64,000 nt of DNA from Candidatus Krumholzibacteriia bacterium (GTDB lineage Bacteria > Krumholzibacteriota > Krumholzibacteriia > Krumholzibacteriales > Krumholzibacteriaceae), in NCBI GenBank assembly GCA_963836185.1, contig CAWIIQ010000001.1:768001-832000 (forward strand). Direction: 5' to 3'. Shown piece after piece: positions 52,734 through 63,577 of the stretch (the first letter of the stretch is position 1; the number at the start of each line of letters is the position of its first letter). A program made the position numbers and the translations under genes. Below the pieces are notes generated by a model. That model made no database searches. It was not told the origin of the DNA and saw only the letters and a program-made list of their open reading frames with translations.

Positions 52734-54850
52734 ATGTTAGGGGAAACTATCTCTCATTATAAGATCCTCTCAGAACTCGGCCGCGGCGGGATGGGTGTGG
52801 TCTATCGGGCCCGCGACACGAAGCTGGGGCGGACTGTGGCCATTAAACTGCTTCCGCAACACCTCCGGGCAGATGAGGAGGCGACCAGGCGATTCATCCA
52901 GGAGGCCAGGGCCGCCTCGGCTCTCGATCACACCAATATCTGCACGATCCACGAGATAGACGAGACGGAAGACGGTTCGACTTTTATCGCGATGGCCTGC
53001 TACGAGGGCAGGACCCTGAGGCAGATGATCGATGAGGGACCTGTAGATATAGCTGAAGCGATCGATATCGCAACCCAGATATCAGCCGGCCTGGCCAAGG
53101 CGCATGAGAACGGGATCGTCCACCGAGACATAAAGCCGTCGAACATCATTATCACATCAGACGGTCACGTGAAGATCCTCGACTTCGGGATAGCAAAGCT
53201 CGAAGGCGCGACAAGGATGACTCGTGAGGGCAGCACGCTGGGCACAGCTGCGTACATGTCACCTGAACAGGCAACCGGTGAGGAGGCAGGCCCCGGGACC
53301 GACGTCTGGGCAACGGGAGTGATCCTCTACGAGATGCTCACAGGAAGGCCACCCTTCGCCGGTGAGCATGAGGCCGCAATGCTCTACGGGATCGTTCACG
53401 AGGAACCGGACAGGCTGCCAGAAGAATTGACAGCTGTAAAGCCTGATATTCAACCACTCATAGACAAGGTCCTCGACAAGGATCCGGCGGCGAGGTTCAA
53501 GGACTCAGGTGAGATGCGGAGGGCGCTGGAGGGATCAATCGGCGGAATCCGGCCGCCCAAAAAGTATCAGAAAAAGTCCATGGGAGAATTCTTCTCGAAG
53601 CCAGCCTTCAGATGGGGCCTTGTCATACTTCTTGTCATCGTGTCCGTATTCATCGTGTTGAAGTGGCAGCAGGGTGGACAGCCGGGCGGTCCCCTGAAGA
53701 TCGCCGTTCTTCCGTTCGCCAACCTTGGATCGTCTGAAGATGAGTATTTTGCAGACGGATTTATGGAGGCTATAAATGCCAGGCTGGGTTCGGTACAGAG
53801 TATCAGGGTGATCGCCCGTCAGTCCGTCATCAGATTCAAGGGGAGCGAGAAGTCGGTCAGAGGAGATATCCGAGGTCCTCGGCGGGATCGACTACATCAT
53901 AAACGGTACCGTGCAGCGTGAACGCCCATCGGATCCATCCAGCAGAGTACGAATCATTCCCGAATTGATACGTGTGAAGGATGGTACTTCAGCCTGGTCA
54001 GATACGTACGATCAGGAGATGGGCGATATATTCGTGATACAATCCGACATCGCAGATAAGATCGCCGCTGCTCTCGACGTCACTCTTCCTGGCTCAGGCG
54101 AAAAGGGTAAGGGACCGGTCCGTACCACGGACCTGAGGGCGTATGAATTTTACCTCAAAGGGCAGGATATCCGTGACCTGTACTATTACGATATTGACAG
54201 GACGCTGGCAGCCAGGGAGATGTTTGAAAAGGCCCTCGAAATCGATCCAGACTATGTTGATGGCCTGGTAGCGCTGGCCACTACCAGCTGCTGGCTTGCC
54301 TTTCAAAGCTATAAGTCTGACAGCATGATGATCAGTGCAAAAGCAGCGATCGACAGAGCTCTGGAACTGGATCCCGGGAATCCGGGAGTGTATCTGGCCC
54401 GCGGCACTTACCATTATGTTTTTTATAAGGATTTTGAAACAGCTCTATCCGATTTCAAGATCGCGCACGAATATGAATCCTTCGTCTGTTGCGGTGCTGA
54501 ATTATCTGGGATGGGCCCAGAGAAGGCTCGGTTTGTGGGATGATGCGAGGGAATCATTGCTGAAAGCCAAGGAACTTGACCCCGGCGAGGTGTCACTGAA
54601 TTTTGTCATAGCAGAACACCTCATTTTCATGAGGCGGTATGGTGAGGCGGAAGAAGTACCTCAAACTGGCCAGGATGCTCTGAACCCGATAACCTGGAAA
54701 ATATTCACGAGACAGATGATGCTGTACCTCAGGGCAGACGGGGCGGTGGACAGGGCGAAGGAACTGCTCTATGAGACGATAAACGGGATGGATTCGGATG
54801 ATATCCTCTATGTCTTTGTCGACAACCCGATGGTGCAGAGGATACTTGTT
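52734..54850 (+). CDS. Ser/Thr protein kinase with TM, TolB_N-like and TPR domains (copy 1), frameshifted and truncated by fusion
   Basis: GRGGMG, VAIK, HRDIKPSN, DFG, YMSPE; IAVLPF.N; AYE.YL.G. Confidence 0.85.
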
Positions 54851-57721
54851 TTGGGTGTGGTCTATCGAGCCCGGGATACGAAGCTGGGCCGCGAGGTGGC
54901 GATCAAGCTCCTGCCGCCGCACCTCAGCTCCGATCCCGAGGCGGTAAAGAGGTTCGTGCACGAGGCGAAGACCGCCTCTGCGCTGAACCACTCCGCTATC
55001 GGCGTCATCTATGAGATAGACGAGACAGACGACGGCCAGACCTTCATCGCGATGGCCCTCTACGAGGGCGGGACGCTGAGGGAGAAGATCGACAGCGGCA
55101 GCCTGACCACCGGCGAAGCTGCCACGATCGCCTCGCAGATCGCCTCGGGGCTCGCCAGGGCCCACGAGAAGGGGATCGTCCACCGGGACATCAAGCCGCA
55201 GAACATCCTTCTGTCAAGGGACGGCGAGGCGAAGATCATCGACTTCGGCCTGGCGAAGCTCGCCGGCAGGACGAAGCTGACCAGAGAGGGGAGCACGCTC
55301 GGCACCGCTGCCTACATGTCACCCGAGCAGGCGAGGGGTGAGGAGGTCGACCATCGCTCGGACATCTTCTCACTCGGAACGATACTATACGAGATGCTCG
55401 CCGGTGAGCCGCCGTTCAAGGGTGATCACGAGGCGGCGCTGCTCTATGGGATCGTACACGAGGAGCCGGAGGAGGTCTCCGAAAAGTGCGGGGATATCGA
55501 TCCGGATCTGTGTGCTGTCACCGAGAAATCATTGAAGAAGGACAGGGACGAGAGATACCAGTCGGCCGCTGATATGAAGGATGATTTGAATAATATCTGC
55601 GCGACAGGCAATGAACGCGTTAACCGGAGCGGAGCTTCTACCAGTGTGAAAAAGGGTAGAGGAAAAGGCAAGTGGATCGGTATAGCTGCAGCTGTAGTGA
55701 TAGTTGTTGCTGTAATATTATTAATAGTGACCGGGCGCGAGCCCGCACCACTTACAGCTGCGGAGATGTCAGTAGCCGTAGTCGATTTCCGGGGGATATC
55801 TTCCTCTGTTGATACTGTCACCCAGGTGATGCTTAACGAGTTTCTCAATACTGCTCTGATAGATAACTGTCCGATTCGTGTGCAGAGCCCCGAGTGGGTA
55901 CGAGAATGTCGAAGGCAGCTGTTCGGATCGACAATTTCACGGATAGAAGAAGGACAAGTGCTCGATATCGCGAGAAGGAGCAAGGCAACATATGTCCTGG
56001 CGGGCAGTATAGGCATAATTGACGGTGAGAGGATCATCAACTGGAGATTGATCGATGTCAGCAGCGGGGATGGGATAGCAGCTGGTAACATCAGGACGGG
56101 AAAACTGGATGCAATGGTCGATGAACTGGTCGGGAATGTGGTATTGGAACTCGTCGGCCTGTCGGGACATGAAGAGCCAGTCGAACAGGTGCCGGTAAAT
56201 GAGATCACTACCGCCTCGACCGCTGCTTACGAGCATTACGTTACCGGTATGCAGCTGAGAATCGAAGGCCGCTATCAAGAGGCGGTTGATGAATTAACTC
56301 TCGCCGTATCGAAGGACCCGACATTCGCTCTCGCATACCTCAATCTGGCCAAATGTTATTTTGGATCCGGAGTTGTAATCCCCGACATAGTTCTCGCGAG
56401 ACGATACGCCGAAGCGGCCTGGAAGAACGTAGATCGACTCGGTGTCAAGGATGGGCTTTTTCTCAAGGCATTTCAGCACGGACTCGATTACGAGTTGAAG
56501 AGTGAGCTCGACACCCTTCGAGAAATCATCAAACGTTGGCCCGACGACCGTCAGGCACTTGGTACCCTGGAGGAGAAAGCGTTCTGGTGGTGGGATTCGA
56601 GGACGGTTATTGAAACGGCACAACAAGGCATACGCCTTTATCCCGACGATCCATCGATCGGGGGCATTACCTATTGTCAGACACTGATGGATCTCGGCCG
56701 TTATGAAGATGGATATCATGCGAGCAAATCGTTCACCGGACGATTCCCGGACAATCCCAACGGATGGGATGTGCTGGCGATGAGCTACCTTTCACTGGGA
56801 TATCCCGATAGCGCGAATATCACTATGCAAAAAGTCTTAGAGATCGACCCGGAGTGGGGTGGCTGGGGTACATTCGGAATAGATATCCGGTCCGTATGCT
56901 CGTATCACTCGGGGAATCTGGACGATGCGATTTCTGGCGCTGAGAATGCCAGCTTCGCTGCCGATATTTCTGATGAAGAGCGATTAAATCTTATGACTAA
57001 CTTCACACATAACAGAATGCTTCCTGCGCTCTATTATGAGGCTGGTCGCTACGCCGAGGCGGTCAAGAGTATTGAAGATGCACAGCGGTACGTCGGGGAA
57101 GATCCCTCGTACTGGAAGTATCAGATGGGATCGGTATTGACAGCAGTGGGTTTCGGGGAACAGGCCCTCGAAATAGCACACGAACTGGAAAAGAGCGACG
57201 AAGTCCGCTCACGTATCTTCGCCATCCGGTTCAAAGGGCACGCACAGGTGGCGACGGGAGACCTTGACGGAGCGCGGGCTACGGTTGAAAGAGTACGCGA
57301 GCTGACCGGGACGATGGGGCCATGGATGTGGTTTCACGTCTACAGAATCGAGGCGGACATTGCGCTTGCGAGTGACAATGCGGATGCCGCACTTGAAGCA
57401 CTCCACTCTATGTGTAGGCTCAACTATGGTCCGTTCTCGGGAATGCTCCACGTTGATTCCTATGACATGCTCGCCAGAGCAAACCACATGGCCGGTAATC
57501 TCGAGGAGTCCGTTTCGATAAATGAGAAGATACTCCATGTGTTTGGCGGGCATGCACTGTCGCATTACGAACTGGGCAAGCTGTACGAGGAATTGGGCAG
57601 GCCTGACGAAGCGAGGCTGCATTACGAGAGATTCCTCGAGATGTGGAAGAATGCCGACGATGGGCTGCGGCAGCCGGAGCACGCGAGGGCGAGGCTGGCG
57701 GCGCTGAAGGGGCAGATCTAG
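54851..57721 (+). CDS. Ser/Thr protein kinase-TM-TPR (copy 2) lacking its first ~19 codons, in frame with copy 1
   Basis: Begins LGVVYRARDTKLGREVAIK; HRDIKPQN, DFG, YMSPE; TM; TPR tail ending FL..W..AD. Confidence 0.85.
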   Translation: MGVVYRARDTKLGREVAIKLLPPHLSSDPEAVKRFVHEAKTASALNHSAIGVIYEIDETDDGQTFIAMALYEGGTLREKIDSGSLTTGEAATIASQIASGLARAHEKGIVHRDIKPQNILLSRDGEAKIIDFGLAKLAGRTKLTREGSTLGTAAYMSPEQARGEEVDHRSDIFSLGTILYEMLAGEPPFKGDHEAALLYGIVHEEPEEVSEKCGDIDPDLCAVTEKSLKKDRDERYQSAADMKDDLNNICATGNERVNRSGASTSVKKGRGKGKWIGIAAAVVIVVAVILLIVTGREPAPLTAAEMSVAVVDFRGISSSVDTVTQVMLNEFLNTALIDNCPIRVQSPEWVRECRRQLFGSTISRIEEGQVLDIARRSKATYVLAGSIGIIDGERIINWRLIDVSSGDGIAAGNIRTGKLDAMVDELVGNVVLELVGLSGHEEPVEQVPVNEITTASTAAYEHYVTGMQLRIEGRYQEAVDELTLAVSKDPTFALAYLNLAKCYFGSGVVIPDIVLARRYAEAAWKNVDRLGVKDGLFLKAFQHGLDYELKSELDTLREIIKRWPDDRQALGTLEEKAFWWWDSRTVIETAQQGIRLYPDDPSIGGITYCQTLMDLGRYEDGYHASKSFTGRFPDNPNGWDVLAMSYLSLGYPDSANITMQKVLEIDPEWGGWGTFGIDIRSVCSYHSGNLDDAISGAENASFAADISDEERLNLMTNFTHNRMLPALYYEAGRYAEAVKSIEDAQRYVGEDPSYWKYQMGSVLTAVGFGEQALEIAHELEKSDEVRSRIFAIRFKGHAQVATGDLDGARATVERVRELTGTMGPWMWFHVYRIEADIALASDNADAALEALHSMCRLNYGPFSGMLHVDSYDMLARANHMAGNLEESVSINEKILHVFGGHALSHYELGKLYEELGRPDEARLHYERFLEMWKNADDGLRQPEHARARLAALKGQI

Positions 57722-57736
57722 AAGCTCGGCGAGGGC

Positions 57737-57937
57737 GGGGTGATCGAGAGCAGAGGCGGTTTTCGCTTCGTGAATGAACCGCGTTTTGGCTGTCTCGTCG
57801 GACACACGTTCACGCTTGAGAAACTTGATGGCCACCGGCCGGTCCAGGCGAAGGTCCCTTTCCTTGTAGACAACACCCATCCCACCTTCGCCCATGCGTT
57901 CAGTGATCTCGTAATGGGAAATCGTCTGTCCAAGCAT
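57737..57937 (-). pseudogene. N-terminal fragment of a third Ser/Thr kinase
   Basis: MLGQTISHYEI...GEGGMGVVYK..D..L.R.VAIK...EA..ASALDHP, then homology stops. Confidence 0.85.
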
Positions 57938-57997
57938 ACCAGGGACTTTATCAGCTTATTCCTGAGGTGAATAGAAGAAAAAAACAGGAGAGGATCA

Positions 57998-60900
57998 TCA
58001 TCGCGCGATGAGTTTTATCTCTGTCGTTCTGTGCTCTCCGGCGCGGATATATTCCAGCGGCACCACATCTTCGGGCTTGAATGATCTCAACGCGGCTGCG
58101 TAGGTCTTCAGGTCGGTGATCTCATGATCCCCCAGCTTTACTATGATATCGCCTTTTTTCAGGCCTGCTTCTGCAGCCGGTGAATCAGGTGAGGGTTCTC
58201 CTATCTTTACGCCTTTACCCGAGTATGAGAAATCAGGCATGGTCCCGGCGGTGGCTTTTCTCTCGCCACCGGTGCCCTGCTTTTCCGTTTCTCCCTTTTT
58301 GCCGGCGAAGGAGAGGGGCTCTTCTCTCTCGGCAAGATAGGCGATACCCTCGCGGACAAAACTGGCGACCTTCACCAGGCCGTGCCCGTCGACCTTGTCG
58401 GCTGTATCCGAGGGTCGATGATAGTCCCTGTTTGCTCCCGAGAAGATCTGGACCCCGGGGACTCCAGCGGCGATAAAGCTTCGCTGGTCGCTCGCGTCGA
58501 GGTCCTGGGTTACCATCTCCGATTCCACGCCGCTTACGTACCCGGCCCCCATGAAGATGAATTTCCACTCCCGCGCGCTCGAACTGTCGAGGACGAGCAG
58601 CTTGTCGTCGCCGAGGCGGCCGACCGTATCTAGATTTATCACGCCCATCACCTTGCCGGCCGGGTACTCTTTCATCTGTTTTACGTAATATTCCGAGCCG
58701 TGCTTGCCGGTCTCCTCGGCGCTGAAGGCAGCGAAGATGATACTGCGTTCGGGTTTCATGGTCCTGTTCAGTACGGTCGCCAGCTCCAGCATGACAGCGA
58801 CTCCGCTCGCGTTGTCGTCGGCGCCGGGGTGGATCCTGCCGATATTTTCCGACGCGGCGCCGGGCCATCCAAGGCCGAGGTGATCGTAGTGGGCACATAC
58901 CACGACTGATTCGCCGGCGTAGTCGGGGTTGGATCCCGGCATCACCGCTACGATATTTTTCGTGAGGCTTTTATTACCATCGGCATCGATGACAGTCTCG
59001 AACTGTTGGAACCAGCTGCCGCTGTCTCCCGCAGGTGTCAGTCCTGCTTCCTTGAATTTATCCGCGATGTATTCGGCGGCTTTCTCCAGACCTTCAGAGC
59101 CCAGGCCACGGCCCTGCAGCTCATCGCTCGCCAGGTACTCTACGTGCTTCATCATGCGCTGAGAGGAGAAGGGTGGAGGCAGCTGCGCGAGCGCCGGGCG
59201 AGGTGACAGGGCTGTAGATATATTTTCATGCCTGTCACCGCTGGGCGTCTTGACCTCGATGGTCAGGGGGGAGCCGACTGCGGGCCACTGGCCTTTTACG
59301 ATATTGGACGGTTCCGTTCCGGTGAAAGCGAGATAGCTGTATTTCCCGTAATGCAGCAGTTTCCGGGAAAGACCGCCGACAGCTTCGGCGTTATCCATCG
59401 TCAGCCACGCGATCACTGAGCCCGGATCGGCCGGATGCCGTCACTGCGGCGATGACGCAGTTATCATCGAGTTCGAGGGTCGTTCTGCCGAAGCGGACAG
59501 ATTTCCCGCTTATAGAGACATCGTAATTCTTCAGGCCCGCTTCTATCAGGCCGCGGAATGTATTATCATCGCCAAAGACCCAGACCTGCCTGTCTGCAGG
59601 CAGCTCGGAGAAGTCGCTGTCCAGGGCGACCTCGATCTCCTTCGTCCCGTCCCCGGCCCATATCTCCGCCAGCTGTCTGTACCTGTCCATCTCCGGTCCT
59701 TGAGCCGCTGAAGGCAGGAGGATAAGGATCCTTTCGGAGCCGTAGATCCTCGAAAGCGCAGGCGGGATCTCATTATGATGCAGCCTTCGGAAGAGGTTGA
59801 ACTGGGGGTCGACACGGACCAGCAGCGGATATTCCGGGAATTTCATCTCGAAATCCTGCTTTCTGCCGTTCAGCCTGACGTTACTCATCTCGACCTTGTC
59901 GATGAACGAGATGGCCACAGGGACATTTAGCTCGAAGAGATCCTCGTCCTGGACCTGCTCCAGTGTGAAGCCCAGGCTGTATCCATCATTCGTCTCTTTG
60001 AACTTTACATTGGAGACGTTCAGCTCCGGCGCGCCGGCGCGGCCGATCCACTGGCTGAAGAAGGGGCCGAGGTCCTTTCCGCTGACCTCTTCGAAGGCAG
60101 AGCGGATGTCGCCGAACGACGCGGACCGGAATTTGTTGTCAGAATAGAATCTCTGAAATCCCTCGACGAACTTCCTGTCGCCGACTTCCTCGCGGAGCAT
60201 GTTCCAGACCATCGAGCATTTCCCGTAACCGACGGCCTCCGAGGCGGCGTCATGGCGCGACACGAATTCATTGAGCGGAAAATCGCTCTCGGGCGTCACG
60301 TAATCGGTATACTTCTGGAGGGTGGAGCGGCGATAGTCGTCAGCCTGGCCGCGCTGTTCCTTGATCAGATGATCAGCCATGTATGCCGTGATGCCTTCGC
60401 ACCAGTTGCCCGTCTCGAAATCGACATAAACGCTGTTGCCCCACCAGTTGTGCAGCAGCTCGTGCGGATACGACGAATGCAGGATGAACGGAAAACGAAT
60501 GACCTGTTCTCCGAGCAGGGTGAAGGAAGGCATCCCGTACCCTGTCTCCCAGAAATTCTCGACCAGGGCGAATTTCGAGAAGGGGTACGGCCCCACCAGT
60601 TTTTCGTACATGGCAAGGTACTGGGAGGTAGTCTCGATATACTTGCTGGCCAGGTTCTCGTCGGGCGTGCGCAGGAACGCCATAACGTCCACCGCTCCGG
60701 CCTTGTCGGCGTACACCGTGAACGGGGCCGCGATGAGGAAGATCTCCTCCATCTGCTCGGGGGATTCCCAGCTGACGACACGCTTGCCTTCCTGTGTTTC
60801 GTGCTGCGTCCGCCTTCCCTGGCTGACCACGTCCCATGATGGAGGTACTACGGCGGTCAGATCGAAGGTGATCAGCCGGTCGTCGAACCGGGGGATCCAG

Positions 60901-61379
60901 AAGGTCGAGCCTGCCAGGTAAACGCCCCTTTCCTCGATCAGTCCCGGTGTCTGGCTGAAGCTTCTCGCGTATTCCTCGCCCAGCTGTTCGATCGGGTAGA
61001 ATATCGTGCCGTGGAACCTCAGCGTGAAGGTGACATCGCCTTCTGTATCTCCGAAGTCGATCGAGTACATGTTCTGGAGGATCGTCGAGGATCCCTCGAG
61101 ATCCTCCTTGTCCATACCGACATCTTTGCCCATGATCCCGGCAGTGTCGAGCCTGACCGTTACACCGGGTGTTTCCGAGATTACCGTCAGATCTCCGGCC
61201 AGCGTGAAATGAGTGATGGAGCCGGCAATATCCGCCGGGATCGTGATGACGTCCGTCGCCTCGAGGGTGTTAGCGGCGGGATCGATCTTCGCGGTCACTT
61301 TGTGATGGATGGCCGGACCGGCGGCAAGAGCGGAACCTGTCATCACCAGGACAAGTATCGATGCTATTGAATGTCTCAT
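57998..61379 (-). CDS. M1-aminopeptidase-like + M28 peptidase + PDZ fusion, frameshift near 59420
   Basis: HELLHNWWGN...W.EG (HExxH..E); AHYDHLG, GADDNASG, AEE.G, YH.PSD; SPA..AGLK.GD PDZ. Confidence 0.85.
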
Positions 61380-62371
61380 CATGCTTTCTTCAGCTTCTCC
61401 CTGATACTTTCGACCAGCTCTTTCGACCCGACGTAAAGCGCCGTACGCTGGTGCGGCTCCTCTGGGGTGATCTCGAGGATGTCGTTTCCTTCTTCGTCTA
61501 TGGCCATTCCGCCAGCTTCCCTCGCTATGAACGCTGCTACATTCGCCTCGTAGAGAAGGCGCAGTTTTCCTTTCGGGCGGTTCTTCGAGGCGTCGGGGTG
61601 ATTGACGATGGCGGGATACATGAACATCCCGCCGTTTGAGAGAAGGCGGTGGAAATCGGCGGCGAGGGCGCCCATGTACCGGAAGGCGTACTTCGGTTCA
61701 TTCTCGGCGATCCATTCCCGGACCTGCGGGATGAACGTCCCGCGATTCGAGGAGTTGAACGAGAGTTCCCAGCTCCTGGTTTCCTCCGGCATCATGAGCC
61801 GCTCGGCATTCTCCGGGATAACGTACGTCATCGTCTCGTCCATATGGAACCGGAATACGCCCGTGTCGGCCAGCGCGATGGTGAAGACGCCGTTGGGGAT
61901 CAGATAGATCCCGGCCGCGCGCAGCTCGGAGCCCTTGCGCAGGTGGTTGTCCTCGGGGCCGTCGAGGTTGCGTTTGCCGATGGCGAACATGAAGCCGACG
62001 GGGAGGTTGTGCTTTATGTTGCTCGAGCCGTCGAGCGGGTCGTAGTAGACGAAGTAGCGGCCGCCCTCCTCATTGAGGATGACCGGGTCGGCCTCTTCCT
62101 CGGTGATCGCGCAGATCACCTGCTCGGAGCGTTCGAGATAGTGCAGGACGATCGAGTCGGCGATGTCGTCCATCTTCATCACGCTCTCGCCCTGGACATT
62201 GACGACTCCCGCCTCGCACATGAGGTTCTTCATCGATCCGGTCTGGTAGAAGTACTGGATATACTTCGCCGCCGCCTGGAGCGCTTCCATGAGAACGAGG
62301 AACCTGTAGCTGCGATTGTGGCGCTGCTGGTGGTGGAGCATGAAATCCATGAAGCTCTGTTCAAGTTTCAT
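61379..62371 (-). CDS. fbp: Fructose-1,6-bisphosphatase class I
   Basis: DPLDGSSNI, RY.G...ADFHR, GKLRLLYEA. Confidence 0.92.
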   Translation of the reverse strand: MKLEQSFMDFMLHHQQRHNRSYRFLVLMEALQAAAKYIQYFYQTGSMKNLMCEAGVVNVQGESVMKMDDIADSIVLHYLERSEQVICAITEEEADPVILNEEGGRYFVYYDPLDGSSNIKHNLPVGFMFAIGKRNLDGPEDNHLRKGSELRAAGIYLIPNGVFTIALADTGVFRFHMDETMTYVIPENAERLMMPEETRSWELSFNSSNRGTFIPQVREWIAENEPKYAFRYMGALAADFHRLLSNGGMFMYPAIVNHPDASKNRPKGKLRLLYEANVAAFIAREAGGMAIDEEGNDILEITPEEPHQRTALYVGSKELVESIREKLKKA

Positions 62372-62534
62372 CGGCTGATCCTCTCCGCCTGATATGTTTT
62401 GTTCCGTTCATCTCTTTGAAATCAGAGTCCTGTGTCCAGAGTATAGCATCATTGGGAGTGGGACCATCAAATTAATTATGTGATTACATTAACTGAAATA
62501 TATAGTTAGCGGTTTTTTTATGAGGGCTTCACTT

Positions 62535-62573
62535 TTCGGGTTGACTTTCGGTTTTTGTTCGGGTACGCTTCGG
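62535..62573 (+). promoter_or_regulatory. lexA sigma70 promoter overlapped by four TTCGG direct repeats (candidate SOS box)
   Basis: TTGACT (62541-46)-17 nt-TACGCT (62564-69); TTCGG at 62535, 62547, 62558, 62569. Confidence 0.65.
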
Positions 62574-62675
62574 GAGAAGATGAAGCAGCCATGCGGCCGG
62601 GGGTTTTCATCACCACCCCCCTCCCCATTTTTGCCCCAGACTCCCGGCCCGTTGCTTCACTCAGACAGGAGAGAG

Positions 62676-63281
62676 ATGACTTACCTGACAAAACGCCAGA
62701 GAGAGATACTAGAATTCATAAAGGGCTTCCAGGAGAGCGAAGGCTACTCGCCGTCGCTCGAGGAGATCGCCGCCCACTTCGGGCTCTCGGCAGTAAGCAC
62801 GGTACACGAGCACCTGAGCAATCTCGAGAACAAGGGGCTGCTCAGGCGCGGGTGGAACAGGTCGAGATCGATAGAGCCCCTCTCTGAGGGGGGCGGGTTT
62901 GAGGTGCCGCTCGCCGGGATGGTGGCGGCAGGTTCACCGATAGAGGCGATCGAGATTCCGGAGAGCGTGGCGCTTCCCCCCGGTTTTACCGGCAGGGGGG
63001 AGACGTTCGCCCTCAGGGTCCGCGGCATGTCGATGACAGGCGACGGGATCCTCGATGGCGATATCATCGTCGTCGAGAAACGCGAGCGGGCCGAGAACGG
63101 GGCGCTTGCGGTCGTGCTGGTCGACGGTGCGGAAGCTACGGTCAAACGCTTCTATCGCAGCGGCGGGAGAGTCACGCTCCGGCCATCCAACCCGGAGATG
63201 GAAGATATCGTGCTTTCGGCAGACAGGGTCGAGATAAGCGGTGTGGTGGTGGGATTGCTGAGAAGCTACCGGACGTTCTGA
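62676..63281 (+). CDS. lexA: SOS repressor LexA
   Basis: LT.RQ.EIL wHTH, VAAG cleavage site, G.SM catalytic Ser, TVKR catalytic Lys. Confidence 0.97.
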   Translation: MTYLTKRQREILEFIKGFQESEGYSPSLEEIAAHFGLSAVSTVHEHLSNLENKGLLRRGWNRSRSIEPLSEGGGFEVPLAGMVAAGSPIEAIEIPESVALPPGFTGRGETFALRVRGMSMTGDGILDGDIIVVEKRERAENGALAVVLVDGAEATVKRFYRSGGRVTLRPSNPEMEDIVLSADRVEISGVVVGLLRSYRTF

Positions 63282-63325
63282 CCGGGCGTTACGGGCGGAA
63301 GACTCATTAAAACAGGAGAACAGGG

Positions 63326-63544
63326 ATGTCCCTTGTCTATCGCAGGGTCGATAAGGTCCTTTCCGGCAATGCCGCCGGCGAGGTATGTGAGGGCGACTGT
63401 CTTCTGCTTGAAACGGCGGGGGAGCCGGGAAAGGGTGAGCTCGCTCTGGTAAGGCACGACGGGATCGAGTCGCTATGCCGGTGGGACGGGGAGTGGTCCG
63501 AGGAGATACTGGGGATCGTCGTGGGAATAAGGAGAAAACCGTAA
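63326..63544 (+). CDS. 72-aa degenerate peptidase S24 (LexA C-terminal-like) protein
   Basis: AGGAG RBS; GDCLLLE, GELALVRHDG, EILGIVVGIRR align with the LexA C-terminal domain. Confidence 0.6.
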   Translation: MSLVYRRVDKVLSGNAAGEVCEGDCLLLETAGEPGKGELALVRHDGIESLCRWDGEWSEEILGIVVGIRRKP

Positions 63545-63577
63545 GCGGCTCATGTCTTGGACAGGAGGTAAGAGATC

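Noticed and set aside
57209-57736. Continuation of the third kinase ORF
   Set aside because: After ALDHP the frame is antisense to kinase 2 and has no kinase motifs
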